The notes beneath the pieces were generated by a model that worked only from the letters and a program-made list of their open reading frames with translations, was not told where the DNA came from and did not search any database. A program made the translations under genes and the position numbers. A stretch of DNA of 63,533 nucleotides, the filler included, from Octopus bimaculoides (taxonomy: Eukaryota), in NCBI RefSeq assembly GCF_001194135.2. It is 6 parts of 6 records of this genome, joined end to end, with 100 filler letters (N's around TTAATTAATTAA, not from the genome) between each part and the next. Parts side by side here need not be neighbours in the genome. Positions count along the whole stretch, not along the records: positions 1 to 15,812 come from NW_026398593.1; positions 15,913 to 28,918 come from NC_068990.1; 4 more parts are not named here. The stretch is one strand, 5' to 3'. Within the stretch, counting starts at the first letter, position 1; the number at the start of each line of letters is the position of its first letter. Positions 10,701 to 22,850 of this stretch are shown one piece after another.

Positions 10701-10870
10701 TACAAGGAAACCGAACGAAAACAGACATGGAGAACGACGGGAAAATAGTGAACGCTGCGAGAAATAGTTTCTTGGAAAAGGGAAAAGATAGAAGAGGAGA
10801 AGAGAGAAGACGTCCAGTCCTTAGAACGTTCGAATAGGAAAAGAAAGATAGACGATGGTCATGTGTGAGC

Positions 10871-10920
<50 letters not shown>

Positions 10921-11765
10921 AGAAAGCGGGAGAGAGANNNNNNNNNNNNNNNNNNNNNNNNNNNNNNNNNNNNNNNNNNNNNNNNNNNNNNNNNNNNNNN
11001 NNNNNNNNNNNNNNNNNNNNNNNNNNNNNNNNNNNNNNNNNNNNNNNNNNNNNNNNNNNNNNNNNNNNNNNNNNNNNNNNNNNNNNNNNNNNNNNNNNNN
11101 NNNNNNNNNNNNNNNNNNNNNNNNNNNNNNNNNNNNNNNNNNNNNNNNNNNNNNNNNNNNNNNNNNNNNNNNNNNNNNNNNNNNNNNNNNNNNNNNNNNN
11201 NNNNNNNNNNNNNNNNNNNNNNNNNNNNNNNNNNNNNNNNNNNNNNNNNNNNNNNNNNNNNNNNNNNNNNNNNNNNNNNNNNNNNNNNNNNNNNNNNNNN
11301 NNNNNNNNNNNNNNNNNNNNNNNNNNNNNNNNNNNNNNNNNNNNNNNNNNNNNNNNNNNNNNNNNNNNNNNNNNNNNNNNNNNNNNNNNNNNNNNNNNNN
11401 NNNNNNNNNNNNNNNNNNNNNNNNNNNNNNNNNNNNNNNNNNNNNNNNNNNNNNNNNNNNNNNNNNNNNNNNNNNNNNNNNNNNNNNNNNNNNNNNNNNN
11501 NNNNNNNNNNNNNNNNNNNNNNNNNNNNNNNNNNNNNNNNNNNNNNNNNNNNNNNNNNNNNNNNNNNNNNNNNNNNNNNNNNNNNNNNNNNNNNNNNNNN
11601 NNNNNNNNNNNNNNNNNNNNNNNNNNNNNNNNNNNNNNNNNNNNNNNNNNNNNNNNNNNNNNNNNNNNNNNNNNNNNNNNNNNNNNNNNNNNNNNNNNNN
11701 NNNNNNNNNNNNNNNNNNNNNNNNNNNNNNNNNNNNNNNNNNNNNNNNNNNNNNNNNNNNNNNNN

Positions 11766-11833
<68 letters not shown>

Positions 11834-11838
11834 ATCCA

Positions 11839-11869
<31 letters not shown>

Positions 11870-11872
11870 CTA

Positions 11873-11947
<75 letters not shown>

Positions 11948-12079
11948 ATCTATCTATTTGCAAATATAGACACATACATAAATTCATATGCAATTACATA
12001 CAAACCTATGCACAAATTTCTGCATACACACACTCATATACAAACAGATACAAACTTAGAAAATATAGGTTTAACTCAC

Positions 12080-12128
12080 CGAATAATATAACAAAAAGGA
12101 AGCGAATCCCAACGCTACGGGCAGCCAT
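12080..12128 (-). CDS. Exon 1 (signal peptide) of the M4 protease
   Basis: Minus strand gataATGGCTGCCCGTAGCGTTGGGATTCGCTTCCTTTTTGTTATATTATTCG|GTGAGT = MAARSVGIRFLFVILF + G. Good Kozak context (A at -3, G at +4), consensus donor, and phase 1 matching the exon 2 acceptor. Confidence 0.8.
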
Positions 12129-12293
12129 TATCTTTCTCTCCCTCTGTCACACTGGTCGGTCGAAAGTGGAAAACAGCAGCAAGTGGTCAAGTACAGCCAC
12201 TACAGAGACGAAATAGTGGACTTTCACACAGGAAACAGCTATAATAGTAACCAGAGACAAACATCCGAGGCAGCCGAATTTTTAGGTGGTGGA

Positions 12294-12550
12294 CCTTATA
12301 TGTAGTTGAGGGCTGGGCCACACTGTGAGGTCTTTCAGTCTGTCAGGGAGAGAAAGAGCCAGAGAGGACGCCCTTGCTGTGAAAGAGTGTAACCTCACAC
12401 TCGAGTTATGAGACTTTTGATCTAAGTGTTTGCTTTTATATGAGTGGAGAAGCGAATGGAGAGGTTTGCAGATGGACGAAAACAGACAACAATGTCGCTC
12501 TCTGCCTGTCCCAACTCGCGTTCTCTCCCTCATACTCCCCCCCCGCCTCC
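12294..12550 (-). promoter_or_regulatory. Candidate promoter of the M4 gene
   Basis: ATATAAGG (TATA-like) at 12301-12294 on the minus strand, about 170 nt upstream of the ATG; GC-box-like ccccgcctcc at 12541-12550; non-repetitive sequence. Motif-only inference. Confidence 0.3.
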
Positions 12551-12787
12551 CTACTTCCATCGACGCTGTCTGTCGTCGCGTAATCATCTTGTTTCGCCTC
12601 GTTAATCAAGTATTATTCAAAATTAAACAAATATTTTCTTCACAAACAAACTATTCATCCCATGTTCTAGAACAAACTCACAGACACACAACCCCCCCAC
12701 ACACAAACATACACACACACGCACACAAACATGCACACACACATGCACATATGTATATAATCATACATGCTGCATATATTAATTAAT

Positions 12788-12834
<47 letters not shown>

Positions 12835-13397
12835 NNNNNNNNNNNNNNNNNNNNNNNNNNNNNNNNNNNNNNNNNNNNNNNNNNNNNNNNNNNNNNNNNN
12901 NNNNNNNNNNNNNNNNNNNNNNNNNNNNNNNNNNNNNNNNNNNNNNNNNNNNNNNNNNNNNNNNNNNNNNNNNNNNNNNNNNNNNNNNNNNNNNNNNNNN
13001 NNNNNNNNNNNNNNNNNNNNNNNNNNNNNNNNNNNNNNNNNNNNNNNNNNNNNNNNNNNNNNNNNNNNNNNNNNNNNNNNNNNNNNNNNNNNNNNNNNNN
13101 NNNNNNNNNNNNNNNNNNNNNNNNNNNNNNNNNNNNNNNNNNNNNNNNNNNNNNNNNNNNNNNNNNNNNNNNNNNNNNNNNNNNNNNNNNNNNNNNNNNN
13201 NNNNNNNNNNNNNNNNNNNNNNNNNNNNNNNNNNNNNNNNNNNNNNNNNNNNNNNNNNNNNNNNNNNNNNNNNNNNNNNNNNNNNNNNNNNNNNNNNNNN
13301 NNNNNNNNNNNNNNNNNNNNNNNNNNNNNNNNNNNNNNNNNNNNNNNNNNNNNNNNNNNNNNNNNNNNNNNNNNNNNNNNNNNNNNNNNNNNNNNNN

Positions 13398-14086
13398 TAC
13401 AGGCACAACAGAAACAGGAAGTAAGAGCGAGAGAAAGTTGTGGCGAAAGAGTACAGCAGGGTTCGCCACCATCCCCTGCCGGGGGCCTCGTGGGGCTTTT
13501 AAGGCGGCGAGCTGGCCGAGACCTTAGCACACCGGGCGAAATGCTTAGCGATATTCGTCTGTCTTTACGTTCTGAGTTCAAATTTCTCCGAGGTCGACTT
13601 TACCTTTCATCCTTTTGGGAGCGATAAATCAAGTACCAGTTGCGTACTGGGGTCGATCTAATCGACTGGCCCCTCCTCCCCAAAAATTTCGGGCCTTGAG
13701 CCTAGAGTACAAAAGAATAAACCATATATTTGACTCGACCGGAAAGTTATCAAGCATTTCTCCTGGACAATTAACATTTTATTAAATGTTAACAAATTCC
13801 AAAGTATAGCTTGTTATGTATATTGGGAAACACTAATTACCAGTAATTTTATAATTTGTTTTACTTCATCACAGTTATAGATAAATCTGTGTCCATCTTT
13901 TCCTTCGATTTCTTTCAATTAGTTCACGGCCATTTGGCTACCATTGGTTAACCATCCTCTGGCGGACCCTCACGGAGCTTTAGGTGTTTTCGCTCAATAT
14001 AAACACTCACAACGCCCGGTCTGGGAATCGAAACCGCGATCCTATGACCGCGAGTCCGCTTCCCTAACCACTGGGCCATTGCGCCT

Positions 14087-14090
<4 letters not shown>
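13398..14090 (-). mobile_element. tRNA-derived SINE (family C) split by an inserted family B SINE and ~230 bp of other sequence
   Basis: Head on the minus strand GTGGAGGCGCAATGGCCCAGTGG...GGTTTCGATTCCC (A/B boxes) at 14090-14020; body at 13398-13500 matches the copy at 22519-22850. Confidence 0.8.
13503..13720 (+). mobile_element. tRNA-derived SINE family B
   Basis: ggcggcgagctggc...gagttcaaatt...ggtcgactttacctttcatcc...aagtaccagttgcgtactggggtcgat; roughly ten related copies in the window. Confidence 0.9.
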
Positions 14091-14143
<53 letters not shown>

Positions 14144-14165
14144 CACATACATACGCACATATATA

Positions 14166-14470
14166 CAGGGTGTCCCAAAAAGATGTACTCACTCTTTGAC
14201 TTCCCAGCACTCATGCATTTTGTGTTCAAGTAGATGTTTATATTGATATACATACAATACTAAAAAGTTAAATTAAATTCAGGAAAATAAATTGTTGTAG
14301 AAACGATTATTTATTGTCATTTAGAATTATTTAACGTTCTCTCTCATTCCTGCGTGTTCACAAATGTTCAAACTGCCTTTCTTTCATTTTCCAAACAAAG
14401 CTGATAACGTCCAACAATGGATTCGACAACATTGCCAAACATTTCATTTGGAATTGCAAGACATTGTATA
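14166..14470 (-). mobile_element. Tc1/mariner terminus with transposase C-terminal remnant
   Basis: TA|CAGGGTGTCCCAAAA terminal motif; minus-strand frames end ...ERQFEHL*, typical of Tc1/mariner C-termini. Confidence 0.6.
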
Positions 14471-14477
14471 TATAGAG

Positions 14478-15190
14478 GATATATAGAAACGTGGAGACGT
14501 TGTGCATCTGCAACACGAGTTGAATGCAATATATAGGTGGACTGAGGAAAATAACCAGCACTTAAATGCTGGAAAATTGCAAGTTCGGTGCTACCAACAC
14601 AGGGATCTTAATGAAGTGCAGATTGGATACAGTGGCCCAAGTGGGTTTCCAAACCGCCAATCAAAACCAGTGTGTGACCTGGGAATCAACATGAGTAATG
14701 ATGTATCCTCTCGGGTGCACATTACCAAGTTGGCAATAAAATGCGGACGTCTGGTTGGGTGGATCCATCGAGCTTTCAAAACAAGAGAAACGGAACCATG
14801 ATGATACTCTGGAGGACTTACATTGGCAGCCGTCTGGATTCCTGCTACCAATTGTGGCCACCAAACAGTGTAAAATTAACGACGGAACTCGAGGTAATCC
14901 AGTGAAGCTACATAAAGAAGATCGACGCAATGCGACATGTCAGCTATTGGGAGAGACTGAAAGAGTTAAGATCAACTCCCTGACGCGATGGCGGGAGAGA
15001 CATGCCGTAATATACACCTGGAAAATCGTAGAAAATCCTGTTCCAATCTTTGGCATTGTCACTTAGACAAACAGCAGGACGGGACGCTAGTATATGGTAC
15101 CAAAATTCCAACATTGCCATCTCCAAAGCAGTTAACAAAATATCTAAAAACAAAAATTCTCTACATCCAAGTTAACAAAGAAGTTACTAG
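14478..15190 (+). mobile_element. CR1-clade LINE 3' fragment (decayed)
   Basis: HLQHELNAIYRWTEENN, CDLGINMSND, RLVGWIHRAFKTRE, YWERLKEL and IYTWKIVE across shifted frames. Confidence 0.8.
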
Positions 15191-15812
15191 ATCTTTGAGC
15201 TAAAATTTATGTCAGTAAAAAATAAAAATAATAATAATAAATTAAACTGATTAGAACTACCTGTGAAGTACAACTGCACCAAGGATCTCACACATTTTCC
15301 AACACATCTTTTATTCAGACAGAGTGAATTAGTAACCATAGTTGTTGTTTAGCCCCAGGTCAGTCTTGATCCAGACAGGCCTAGGATCAAAGATGTTCCA
15401 TTTGTGACCATCGCCTCTTTTATTCAGGCACTGTGTATCTAGGACTACATTATATAATGTATCGCATAGGAGTCGGTCGCCATCTTGCCGCTATTAACTC
15501 GTTATACATTAATCTTTCATAAATATTTTCTGTCGTTAATTAGTTTGAAACTATGTCATTAAATTCCCACCAATTTGGGGTTTGTATTTTATTGACGAAG
15601 TTAGTGTGAATTGGGTCAAAAGGTTTCATCTTGCTTTTGCTGTTGGTGGCGGCGCTGGTGGAAGCAGCAGTCGCAGCGGTGATGGCGATGGCAGAGGCGG
15701 CGGTGGTGGTGCACACCGTTTTGTGTGTGTATACATGGGTCTCTATGTGTGGCTGCACAAGCGTTGCTGGGGGCACAAACACAGACACAAACACACACAC
15801 ACACACACAGAT

Positions 15813-15912
15813 NNNNNNNNNNNNNNNNNNNNNNNNNNNNNNNNNNNNNNNNNNNNTTAATTAATTAANNNNNNNNNNNNNNNNNNNNNNNNNNNNNNNN
15901 NNNNNNNNNNNN
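15813..15912. other. Assembly placeholder N44-TTAATTAATTAA-N44 (also centred at 28963, 57117, 59171, 61791)
   Basis: Identical 12-mer giving stops in all six frames, centred in 100-bp N blocks five times. Confidence 0.95.
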
Positions 15913-16158
15913 GTATGTGTGTGTATGTATGTGTGTATGTATGCATGTATGTATCTATGCATGTGTGTGTTTGTATGTATGTATACACAACCATTCACAT
16001 ATGCAACCTTTCCCACAGACGTATTTGTACGTAAGATTGCTGGTGTGTTTCTCTCTCCCCTCTCTCTCTCTTTTTCTATATACATATATGTGTGTGTGTG
16101 TGTATGTGTTTGTGTGTGTGTGTGTATGTTTGCATACACGTTTATATATATACGCATG

Positions 16159-16207
<49 letters not shown>

Positions 16208-17669
16208 TCACACACGCATATATATATGCCTACTTATGTATGCGCGTGATGCAAAGGTGCACCTGCATATGTTGTTGACTTCTGATTTCAATTGTTTTTT
16301 TAATTCTTCCTGTAAAGAAACTTGATCCGAGCTGCGCACAAAGCTCTATCGCTTGGATTTAGATCACAATCCAAACATATTCATTCGCTATTGTTCTACA
16401 GTTTCTCTGCTTGTTTCAATGACAAATTGTATTTGCAAAGTGCGTGGAAACTGGTCAGCGACCCCCGTTCCCCACATTTCTGTTCTTTGTTGTTTCGACT
16501 GAAAACCTCCAGCGTTTTCAGATTGTCATCTCGACGTATTTTAACAAGGGTACCAGTGATCATTGCTTTGCTTTGGGCCCACAAATCTTTGATGGGCTCA
16601 TAGGGGCGCCACTGTTACACAGAGCATGTCTCTGGCATTTTTTACACCTAACGTAGTACATAGCCCTGCAAATTTGAACATGGTTGATTTCTTCTAGAGA
16701 AGAGAAAACCAGACAGAAATACATAGAAAAGACCACAGTATAAGTACTTTATTTATCGATCCCGTTTAGATGTAAGGCAAGGCTGACCTTGACGGTATTT
16801 GAACTCAGGACAAAGAGAACTGGAACGATTATTGCAAATCGATCCATCCGCCATTCTGACGACTCTGCCTATAAAATACCTGGTGATATCCTATTGGCCG
16901 GATAATTACTGCTATTAACTGGAATTTACAATCATGTTAGAGAAGTTACTAGGTTGTGTCACACTGACTCAGCCTGAAGACAATATTAAGGGTAGACGTG
17001 TCTGTGGAATACTCAGTCACTTGTTCGGCCTATCAGGAGCAGGCTTGTGCAATTAAGTGAACAAGTAAATCTTTATCGTCCATCGATAGATCCACCACCA
17101 CCACCACCACCACCACCACAACCGCCACCACCGCCAACAACAGCAGCAACAATAACAACACAACCACCACCACCACCACCACCATAACGTGACAGTCTCT
17201 CCAGTCCGAGAAAGACGATTTTGCAGTTTGTTGCTGAACAATCTGCACAAATAAATCGCTTATAGTGATCAAATGTTTGTGTGGCACATACACTTACTCG
17301 CTCCCCTCCCCCTCTATCAACTCTACATTAGCAGAACAGAGACTGCTGTCTTACGGCATGGGATACATTGAGCTGTTGCTCGGGGGTCTCACGAGTCTAG
17401 AGTCACAATTCTGAACCATGAATATTTTTTGTCATTTTTTATTTGTTTTTTTTTTGCTGCCAATGCTACAGGGACCAATGAATTTATTTGCCCAAGGCCC
17501 TATAATACTGCTAAGACGGCTCTGAGCACAGGTGCACAATGTGTCACACAGCAGATGTTAAAGTGATTGCACAGCAACGCGAAATGAAGTGTTTTGTTCA
17601 AGAACACGACGCCCCGCCCTCTCCGGGAATCGAAACCACAACCTCGCGATCATCATATATTCTTTTATT

Positions 17670-18312
17670 TTTTTACTTGTTTCAGTCATTTGACTACGTC
17701 CAAGCTGAGGCACCGCCTTTAGTCGGGCAAATCAACCACAGGACTCATTCTTTGCAAGCCTAGTACTTATTCTATCGGGCTCTTTTGCCGAACCGGTAAA
17801 TCACGAGGACGTAAACACACCAGCGTCGGTTGTCAAGTGATGTTGGGGTGGGGAGCAAACACAGACGCAAAGATATACACATGGAACAGGGATAACTGAA
17901 GAAGGGTTATACTCTTTATGTTGCATGTCTCGTTTCTCTGTTTTTTTTTTCGTTGTTCGCAAAAAGTTCGTTTTCTGTTTTCGTTTTTCATTGTGTTTAA
18001 CGTTTTTTTGTGATGTCCTGTACCCATATATGCATGTATGTATACATATAGATGTAGGTATGTACATATATACATGGATATATGCATATAATTACATATT
18101 ATTTATGCTATTATATATATATATNNNNNNNNNNNNNNNNNNNNNNNNNNNNNNNNNNNNNNNNNNNNNNNNNNNNNNNNNNNNNNNNNNNNNNNNNNNN
18201 NNNNNNNNNNNNNNNNNNNNNNNNNNNATATACATATTGATAGAAATGCCACCCCGGCATCCGAAACTCGGAGTTTTAACATGGCTACCGAATAAGTGTC
18301 ACATATTTTTAC

Positions 18313-18346
<34 letters not shown>

Positions 18347-18490
18347 GACAGGCTTCTTTCAGTTTCCGTCTATTAAATCCACTCACAAGACTTTGGTCGG
18401 CCCGAGGCTATAGTAGAAGACAATTGCTGAAGGTCCCACGCAGTGGGACTGAACCCGGAACCATATGGTTGTTAAGCAAGTTACTTGCCA
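17670..18490 (-). mobile_element. Family A SINE with greatly expanded internal low-complexity region
   Basis: 3' body at 17670-17870 and tRNA-like head plus core at 18340-18490, separated by ~470 bp of TA-rich repeat and a gap. Confidence 0.75.
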
Positions 18491-18955
18491 CACAGCAACA
18501 TATATTTACTTACGCAATGCTTGTGTTTCCGTCCCTGTGTGCCCGTGGCTGCGTGCGTATGCATAGAGAAATATGTGTCAATGTCCTCTATCGACCACAA
18601 AACATTTGTTAAAAAACTGGAATAGATTAACTAATGCGATGTTTACTATGCAAAAAAGCTGAACAACTGCGCAATAAGAGTGCAACGATCTGATGTAAAT
18701 TCTAACGTTACCCTTGATGCATATGTTGTTGCACTGCAGGCCGTTGATATTGCAGATACGACTGCATCTAATCATGATGTTGCTGTTTCTATTGTTGTTT
18801 TTGTTTTTTTGTTGTTGTTGTTCTTCTTCTTCTTATTCGTCTTCTTCGTTTTCTTCTTCTTCCTTCTTCTTTTTATTATTATTATTATTTATTATTACTA
18901 CTACTACTGCTACTACTACTACTACTACTACTACTATTATTATTATTATTATTAT

Positions 18956-18996
<41 letters not shown>

Positions 18997-18997
18997 A

Positions 18998-19365
18998 GGC
19001 TGCGAGCTGGCAGAATCGTTAGCGCGCTGGGCGAGATGCTTAGCGGTATTTCGTCTGTCTTTACGTTCTGAGTTCAAATTCCGCTGAGGTCTTCTTTGCC
19101 TTACATCCTTTCTGAGTCGATAAATTAAGTACCAGTTGCGTACTGGGGCCGATCTAATTCCCCAAAATTTCGAACCTTGTACCTAGAGTAGACAAGATTA
19201 TTATTATTAATTTATTTTTTTTTAAGGCATCGAAATGGCAGAGTGGTAAGCACGTCGGGGAAAATGTTTAGTGACAATTCGCCCGTCGCTATATTCTGGG
19301 TTCAAATTCCTTTGCCTTGCATCCTTTCGGGGTCGATAAATTAAGTACCAGTTGAGTACTGGGTC
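18998..19365 (+). mobile_element. Two tandem family B SINEs (18998-19195, 19226-19365)
   Basis: Both match the 13503-13720 copy. Confidence 0.85.
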
Positions 19366-19968
19366 TGAAAACCCACGAGTGTTCAAGTCGCACAAAATCC
19401 TGATGGAGAAGCTGCANNNNNNNNNNNNNNNNNNNNNNNNNNNNNNNNNNNNNNNNNNNNNNNNNNNNNNNNNNNNNNNNNNNNNNNNNNNNNNNNNNNN
19501 NNNNNNGGAAAACGTTAAAGCCTGGGTCACCGGGAAATTCTTCTCCGAGTGGGTCAACCTTGTCTTCGGACCATCAGTGAAGAAATATCTTCTGGAGAAC
19601 AATCTTCCTCTCAAGGCCCTCCTCATCTTCGACAATGCTACCACATTGTAAACTGTCTGAAAAATTATCGATATGGTCGCGGAGGACAGTGTAGAGGAGA
19701 ACGCTACCATTGCGGGTAACATAAAGGCGGTGTTGACAAAGTGGCTGCGTGTTTCTGAAACTGTAGAAAAAAAAATCATCCTGAGAAAGTATCTACAGGG
19801 CGTGCAACTGCTCTATTTAATGACACTGCTCTTGCATATTTCCGTAACATTTTGAAAGGCAGGAAAAAACAGATTTCTCTTGATATGTTTCAAATGCAAC
19901 GACCTGCAAGTGTAAAAGAAAATGTATCCAAAAAGCCTAAACTAAGCGAAGAGAGAGGGAGGGAGAGG

Positions 19969-20025
<57 letters not shown>

Positions 20026-20410
20026 NNNNNNNNNNNNNNNNNNNNNNNNNNNNNNNNNNNNNNNNNNNNNNNNNNNNNNNNNNNNNNNNNNNNNNNNNNC
20101 TCGCCCCATCGTCTTCTTCTCGCGCAAATCGTCCCATCTTTAAAGTAATTCAGTTAATAAAACCAGTTTACATATTTCTTATACTTTCTCTTTTATTATG
20201 TTTTTATAATTATCATTTTCCTTGTAACTACACCTTTTCTGTTTTAAAACTCATGAAAAATTATTTTGGGGTGGTTCTGGGGGTGGGGGCTGGAACGGAT
20301 TAATTATATTTTAATTAATTTCAACGGGGAAAATTGATTCGTAAAACGAGTAAATCGTAAAACGAGCACGGTCACGGAACGAATTCCACCCATACTGCGA
20401 GATATCACTG
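19364..20410 (+). mobile_element. pogo/Tigger-like DNA transposon, 3' portion with internal deletion
   Basis: SENPRVFKSHKILMEKL, KAWVTGKFFSEWVNLVFGPSVKKYLLENNLPLKALLIFDNA (DDE_1-type) and LKGRKKQISLD; ends ...gagatatcactg like a Tigger TIR. Confidence 0.8.
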
Positions 20411-21325
20411 TCTCATTATTAGCCGTATGCTTTGATATTTGCGTGTGAGCTGTGTTTTTAATACGAAGTATGGGTCATCATGTGAATAGTAACTATACAT
20501 ACATGCCCAGACCTATTCATATACACACACACACACACATGTTGATAAATGGATAGTTAATAGGTTAATACAGAGATACATAGATAGTAGGCAGATGCAT
20601 ATACACACACGCACACTTATGCATATGTGCGTTTCCTGGGTGTTTTTCATTCACATGCAGTTTTTCTGCTGTTTATGCAACCTATAAATTATGTATTGGT
20701 GAGTAAACATCCGAGATAATACACACACACACCACCCACATACACGTACATACTTACAAATTGCGTCTCAAATACAAATGTGTTTAATCTATCTATCTAT
20801 CAATCTATCTTTCTCTATATAGTTGTGTGTATATATGTGTGTGTGTGGATATGTATATAAATACACACACANNNNNNNNNNNNNNNNNNNNNNNNNNNNN
20901 NNNNNNNNNNNNNNNNNNNNNNNNNNNNNNNNNNNNNNNNNNNNNNNNNNNNNNNNNNNNNNNNNNNNNNNNNNNNNNNNNNNNNNNNNNNNNNNNNNNN
21001 NNNNNNNNNNNNNNNNNNNNNNNNNNNNNNNNNNNNNNNNNNNNNNNNNNNNNNNNNNNNNNNNNNNNNNNNNNNNNNNNNNNNNNNNNNNNNNNNNNNN
21101 NNNNNNNNNNNNNNNNNNNNNNNNNNNNNNNNNNNNNNNNNNNNNNNNNNNNNNNNNNNNNNNNNNNNNNNNNNNNNNNNNNNNNNNNNNNNNNNNNNNN
21201 NNNNNNNNNNNNNNNNNNNNNNNNNNNNNNNNNNNNNNNNNNNNNNNNNNNNNNNNNNNNNNNNNNNNNNNNNNNNNNNNNNNNNNNNNNNNNNNNNNNN
21301 NNNNNNNNNNNNNNNNNNNNNNNNN

Positions 21326-21356
<31 letters not shown>

Positions 21357-21701
21357 TATGTATATATGTATATGTGTGTCTGTGTATGTGTGCGTGTGTG
21401 TGTGTGTACATTTGTGTTTCCAGATTTTAAAGCGGTATCCAATTACGTTACTTACTATCAAAATGTAATTTAGATATCTGAGATAATCCTAGATCGACTG
21501 TTATTGCTACAGGACCAGAATGCGAGGGATTGTAAGTTGTGCTACGTTTGCAAAATAAGAAATACAAGGAATAAAATACTCACATGAATTGTGACGGGAG
21601 AAAGAGCAAGCTAACGTTTCGGATATTTGTCCTTCAACAGCAGAATAGGAAGGGAGAAAAAGTCAATATGAACTTTTACATCAGGACGCGAGGAATGCAC
21701 G

Positions 21702-21755
<54 letters not shown>

Positions 21756-21909
21756 TATATATATGCGTATGCAAGCATGTATGTACATATGAGTCTATGT
21801 ATGTGTGTGTATAATATACTTATATACATTCCTACATTCATTCATATATACATGCATGCGAGCATACATACACACACACATACATACATACATACATACA
21901 TACATACAC

Positions 21910-22510
21910 GATGGCTGCCATATTATTGACGAGTTTACATCACTGACAAAGCAACGCCCGTGCAAAAAATTTGGTCGAATAAAACTTGCAACGCACCTCA
22001 TAGACCCTCTTCTCCCAACTGATATGATCCAGAGAGAAATCGTATCAGGATATCTAGTTCCAATATGGTTCGCAAGTTGAGGAATATGGGAACGCCATGA
22101 CCTCAATCGCAAGCAAAATATTCTCAAAATGCCTGGTGCCATTCCTTATTTAAGTTGTTTTATATCAGAGTGACTTCCCAGAGACATGTATTCGTAAATT
22201 ACGAGGAACGCCTCACTCTAGTGATCTTCCAACACACAGAACACCGTCCCAGAATTTCTGGGTCCCCAGAAAACAAAAGTCATGCACCGTTATAGAGGTC
22301 AGCTGCCCAGCGGATGTGAATGTACAATACAAGCAAAAGAGAACATTTATGGCGAATGAATGCGGAACTTATAGCACTTGTACTCTGACTTTTGAACGCT
22401 CAAGTGTATCTCTCATCATAGGTGGATTAGGTTATGTACCAATAAATCTGCGCAAATGCCTAGAAATACAAGGTTTCACGGAGAAAGCGCAAAACAAACT
22501 GACGCACATA
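21910..22510 (+). mobile_element. Decayed REL-endonuclease tail of an R2/R4/NeSL-type LINE
   Basis: Shifted frames give HRP...KSCTVIEVSCPADVNV and IIGGLGYVPINLRKCL, matching the PD..D/E REL motif region. Confidence 0.55.
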
Positions 22511-22518
22511 TGTATACA

Positions 22519-22850
22519 TACGTTGTGGCACTCCGTCGGTTTCGACGACGAGGGCTCCGATTGATCCGATCAACGGAACAGCCTGCTCGTAAAATTAACG
22601 TGCAAGTGGCTGAGTACTTCACAGACACGTGTACCCTTAACGTAGTTGTCGGGGAGATTCAGTGTGACACAGAGTGTGACAAGGCTGACCCCTTTGAAAT
22701 ACAGGTTCAACAGAAACAGGAAAAAAGAGTGAGAGAAAGTTGTGGTGAAAGAGTACAGCAGGATTCGCCACTACCCTCAGCCGGAACCTCGTGGAGCTTT
22801 AGTGTTTTCGCTCAATAAACACTCACAACGCCCGGTCTGGGAATCGAACC
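22519..22850 (-). mobile_element. Family C SINE (head truncated)
   Basis: Matches 13398-13500 and 13960-14035. Confidence 0.85.

Larger units (their letters stand above)
6163..12079 (-). other. Predicted 5,917-nt phase-1 GT-AG intron of the M4 protease gene
   Basis: Donor G|GTGAGT at 12080/12079 and acceptor TTTCTAG|C at 6163/6162. Phases match (G+CG = Ala) and the joined peptide gives a continuous hydrophobic signal sequence. Confidence 0.8.

Noticed and set aside
10855-13627. Long ORFs containing X runs (also near 2053, 20789, 22812, 24175, 33423 and others)
   Set aside because: Open only because Ns and dinucleotide repeats lack stops.
15857-15868. Recurrent palindrome TTAATTAATTAA (five occurrences)
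   Set aside because: Always centred in 44+44 Ns and encodes stops in all six frames: a scaffolding placeholder, not biology.
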